Shown: positions 35,586-39,697 of the stretch, piece by piece
Numbering within the stretch: position 1 is the first letter of the stretch
Layout of the letters: each line of letters begins with the position of its first letter
Origin: Octopus bimaculoides
Lineage: Eukaryota
Assembly: GCF_001194135.2 (NCBI RefSeq)
Contig: NC_068982.1
Location: 169,452,860-169,492,556 of the forward strand
Reading direction: 5' to 3'
DNA length: 39,697 nucleotides
Translations under genes and position numbers: made by a program
Notes under the pieces: generated by a model
Databases searched by the model: none
Told to the model about the DNA's origin: nothing
The model's input: the letters and a program-made list of their open reading frames with translations, nothing else

Positions 35586-35904
35586 GAAAAGATAGTTAAG
35601 AACATGTATATATGTATGCATATGGAAAGTCAGGGCCAATAAATTCGGCAGTTTTTGAAAGAGTTACCTCCCTTGACAGCGTGCTGTTTGGTTAAATACT
35701 TTTGATTTCTTGAGCGATGTGTAATTTTCTTCTCTTAAATCCTAAGTTAAAACCATCTTGGAGTACTGCTTAATTTTTCTTTCAGCTATGTTAACCATTC
35801 AGTTAAGCTTACACTGGAGCAACGCTCACATTACTAACCATTCTATGTTTATTGTGTCATCATTGCTACACACACACACACACACACAAACACCACGGCC
35901 ACCA

Positions 35905-36405
35905 CCAGTATACCCATCATGATTACCCATCTGATAAGCGTACACCAGGCACATGCATCACAACCATATGTGCATGATATGGTGATCTCATATCAAGATA
36001 AACAGTGCATGACCTTGCAGGTGAGGCCCAGTTAGAATTTTCTTCAGGTTGAGTACCCCATCCTGCTCAAAAGGTCTCTGAAAATGGGTAGTTTAAGGAT
36101 GTTGAATGAAACATCCATGCTTCCAGAAGTGAGTTATCTAAACTCAAAAAAATTCCTCTCAATACATGGCTATGATGCTACCCCACTACTTTTGCTTGTG
36201 ATCAGAGATGCACATATCGTCAGCCACTTAGAGACATGCTCAACATGTTAAGGTGAAGCAACTGACAAGCAAATCTGTGGTACTGAGCAGAATATTTGCT
36301 GTCGCCCATCTTTTATACCAAGACAAAACAACGTACATGATAACACTTCCAATCAATTAAGATCAGAAGCCATGAAAGCCACTGCCTGGTACTCCATCCG
36401 GGCAA
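35905..36405 (+). mobile_element. D-family repeat with (ATT)n tail
   Basis: Colinear with 1636-2105. Confidence 0.8.
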
Positions 36406-36539
36406 TTATTATTATTTTTTGCTTGTGTGTCAGTATCATCATCATTTTAACATTAACTTTTCCATGCTTGAATGGGTCATATGGAGGTTATTGTATGTGC
36501 ATGTATGATGATGATTATATATATAAATATATATAGTAA

Positions 36540-36667
36540 ATTCAAACATGAACAAGCAAGAAAAAATACGAAAAAACAAGAACGGAAGGACGTGGAATAA
36601 GTACAGTGTTATTAGACGCTCAAGAAAGGAAAGAGGATTTCATGTTTCGAGCAGAGCTCTTCATCAG

Positions 36668-36671
<4 letters not shown>
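36540..36671 (-). mobile_element. Short Penelope/retrozyme-like relic with a decayed hammerhead motif (36637-36671)
   Basis: rc ATTT-CTGATGA-A-GAGC(TCT)GCTC-GAAA-CATG-AAAT; sits between two (TA)n tracts. Confidence 0.55.
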
Positions 36672-36715
<44 letters not shown>

Positions 36716-37169
36716 TTTAATGTTTGGCTTCGATACTGGCATAGGTTGAATGGTTTGATAGGATCTGATGAGCCAGTAGGCTGTATCATGCTTTCCAAAT
36801 GTTTATTTTGGCATAGTTTCTATAACTGGATGTCCCATGCCTTCATTTGTGTGCCAGATATAACTAGAAATGGTATCATTTGGCACTAAGTTCACTTTGT
36901 ACAACATCCTCTTTTCCTGAGCAGAAGCTTCTGTAGTTTTGCTGTCACTTTCTTTGTCCTCTTAGTCACATTTATGACAGAACAACAATAGTATGTCCTT
37001 ACCAATTATTGTAGTCCTTCAGTCAGGATTTGCAGAATTGGCACCTTCCAACAACCAAGAAGCAGCTTGTCCTGCAAGAGTGCAGAGAGATTACCAGTTA
37101 TGAAACCATACATCATGTCACTTTGAAAATGGAAAAACTCTCGACTCTGGTGGAGAACTTCTACTTAAT

Positions 37170-37330
37170 CGTCGTCGTCGTTTAACGTCCGCTTTCCATG
37201 CTAGCATGGGTTGGACGATTTGACTGAGGACTGGTGAAACCAGATGGCTACACCAGGCTCCAATCTGATTTGGCAGAGTTTCTACAGCTGGATGCCCTTC
37301 CTAACGCCAACCACTCAGAGAGTGTTCTGA
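37170..37330 (-). mobile_element. A-family (RTE 3' end) copy
   Basis: Close match to rc of 21805-21960. Confidence 0.85.
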
Positions 37331-37684
37331 CTAAGAGAAACACCCTCTTGAGTTTCAGACAGTGGTTTTACAACTGGTGCCATTCTCTGTCAAAATTACA
37401 GCATCTGTTGGATTATGAGTTTATCCATTGGGACAATATTATGGATATACTCTCTACATATGCCATGAGGTAGACTAACTATTTGACTGCCTACTCATGT
37501 GTATAACATATAATTTGTCTGTAAGCCTTAATTACTGCCGAAATAGCGAGGCATAAAACAGTCAACAAAATGCAAAGTGTACCTAACAGTAGTGTTATGC
37601 CACCTATTGTTCTCTACTGACATCGACACACTCTGTCATCAAGGCATCAAACAGATAATAAAATACCAATAATATCTTATATGA

Positions 37685-37900
37685 AATCATCGTCATCTTC
37701 TTCATTTAGCGTCTGCTCTCCATACTGGCATGGGTTGACGGTTTGACAGTTGGAGCTGATGTGCTGGAGAGCTGCACCAGGTTCCAGTCTGATTTGGTAT
37801 GGTGTCTACAACTGGGTGCCCTTCCTAATGCCAACCACTCTAGGAGTGTAATGAGTGCTTTTACATGCCACAAACACATGGCACCCACAGTGAACATGAC
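37685..37900 (-). mobile_element. A-family (RTE 3' end) copy, diverged
   Basis: ttagcgtc...ggcatgggttgacggtttgac...cccttcctaatgccaaccactc. Confidence 0.75.
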
Positions 37901-38737
37901 TACAATTTATGGCACCAGCTACAATATTGATGAAATATAATGAATATTCTTGACAAAACCAACTAAGGGATCTTGCAGCTTGCAACTATATCTAGTGTTG
38001 AATCTATCTTTCTAGAATCACAGTAGTAGTGGGTGGGATGTGATTTGTATAGAGGGCTCTAGGATCTCTAAGGTTGTACTCTGCTGTTATCTGAGGTGTG
38101 GAGGCTACTGATAAGGGCTGCTGAAACTCTGATATTAGGATATGTATGATTAAGTGATATTTAATTGAAATGAATGACTGCATAGGACAAGATATTGGCC
38201 AACTACGAGTGATGGCAGAGAGAATTAATGAAAGGTATAAGGAAGGCAAAAGAGCCATCAGTATTCTGCATTTCTTGTGAACATGGCTGTACCAGCACCT
38301 TTAGTTGCTGCAGTTCCACGAAAGTGTGAAGCATCATCAAAGAACTTTCTTCAGGAAAATAAATTCGTTTCTGCTATCACTTCATATATGATTGTATGAT
38401 GGTTAATGTGCGCCCCCGCCTTCCCCCACACAGAGGAAGCCACGTATTCAACATGGTTTTAATTAACGTGTTTCAAGTTTGTACTATTTATTAACTGTAA
38501 CCTGCTTTTCTTCAACTTTGAGATAAATTTCGTGCAACATGGTTCGTGCATCATAAAATTAAAAATATCATAGCAAACATTATGTTGCCATAGAAATAGC
38601 TGGCAGTAGAAACCCTTGTTTCTTTTATTTTTCTCTTTTTCTCCTCATGATATCACTTACTTTACTGTTTTAATTAGAATACTTTTCCCCATCAGCAATG
38701 GATAACAGGGAAAATGAATGTGAGAATGACTGCATTT

Positions 38738-39395
38738 AAAGCGGGTAAAAAGCTTTTACTTTAGGGAAGGAACTTGAAATAATTAAAAATTATGATAATG
38801 GTGCTAGAAAGTAAGTGATTGCCCACAGGTTTAGATTGAATGAAATGACTATGCACTATTTCTAAAGCAACATGAAGATTATCAGAACCCCCCCCCCNNN
38901 NNNNNNNNNNNNNNNNNNNNNNNNNNNNNNNNNNNNNNNNNNNNNNNNNNNNNNNNNNNNNNNNNNNNNNNNNAAAAAAAAACAAAAAAAAAACAGATGG
39001 CTTCATTTTCGACAGCAATGCAATCAACTTCAAATTAGAATGAGGAGATGATTGAAATGGAAGACTTATAACTCATATGGAATGAAGACTATAATCAGTT
39101 GTATTCCATTGAGTACTCACACCTTTAAAATGGAAGCTTTGATCCTGTTCTCTACCTTGAAAGGAGAAATGAAACAGAAGTTAGAAATAAACTTATAAGT
39201 AGTTTTGGGTGGTTCAAATACTTAAAGTGATTTGGTTTGCACAATATGAGAATTTGAAGTGAATCTGCCAGTGATGAAGAAACTGTAGAAAAATTTCAAG
39301 CAAATTTTCAAAGGCTTACGGAAGAAGAAAGTTATGATGACAGATTTTCAAAGTTGATGAGACTACTTTAGTTTGGAAGGACATGTCCCTGCAAA
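38738..39395 (+). pseudogene. Tigger/pogo-family transposase fossil (contains gap 38898-38973)
   Basis: KRVKSF/TLGKELEIIKNYDNGARK*VIAHRF (CENP-B-type HTH), MEDL*LIWNED, SSFGWFKYLK*FGLHNMRI*SESAS, QIFKVDETTLVWKDM (like QIFNVDETALYWKKM). Confidence 0.85.
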
Positions 39396-39697
39396 ACTTA
39401 CGTTGCTAATACAACATGCAAGTTCACCAAATGATTGACAATGCAATGAGCTGCTAAAGGAAAGAGTTGGAAGATGAGAGGAAGTAGAAGAACATCCAAA
39501 CTTTGGATGAATTTTTTTTTTGAAAAAAAAAAAAAAGAATAAAATGTTAGAATAAATTTGTTTTATTGTATTTTAACTTGTTTTCCTTTTGGGTAGGTAG
39601 TTAGGGAGAAATATGTGAAAAAAGAGGATTTTTGAAAAATAAGCAAAAAAGGAGTTGGATGAATTGCAGTATTTTACACTTATATATTTATATTTAT

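Noticed and set aside
36765-36785. CTGATGA-GCC-AGTA-GGC hammerhead-like start
   Set aside because: Followed by TGTA, not GAAA; lies in a diverged A-family copy.

Overview
AT-rich, repeat-dense eukaryotic genomic DNA from a draft assembly with five N gaps; it is not prokaryotic. The SINE-like families, (TA)n/(CAT)n microsatellites and gene content point to an octopod cephalopod (inference from recalled octopus repeats, not a database hit). One host gene is clear: B4GALT7 (xylosylprotein beta-1,4-galactosyltransferase, GT7) on the + strand. Three coding exons (27355-27689, 29686-29911, 31843-31926) splice in frame to 215 aa, with a type II membrane anchor, the DVD motif and WGWGxEDDE; the C-terminal exons were not found in the window. 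The rest is mostly transposon-derived: several tRNA-headed SINE families (my working labels B, C, E, F) plus an unclassified retroposon D, RTE-LINE 3' ends (label A), a DD37D (maT) mariner deletion derivative with TIRs, a Tigger/pogo fossil, TTAA-flanked piggyBac-type MITEs and a possible hAT fossil. The most notable hidden signals are: two minimal type I hammerhead-ribozyme motifs of the Penelope/retrozyme kind (an intact-looking one at 16143-16177 + and a decayed one at 36637-36671 -); a twice-occurring head-to-head F-SINE::RTE junction; SINE head/tail swapping; a SINE-internal microsatellite hit by two independent insertions; an out-of-frame uORF overlapping the B4GALT7 start; and an unusual NG->RG change in a conserved GT7 motif. 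Nearly all other ORFs in the supplied track are artefacts of N runs, simple repeats or TE remnants. Repeat boundaries were read by eye and are approximate.
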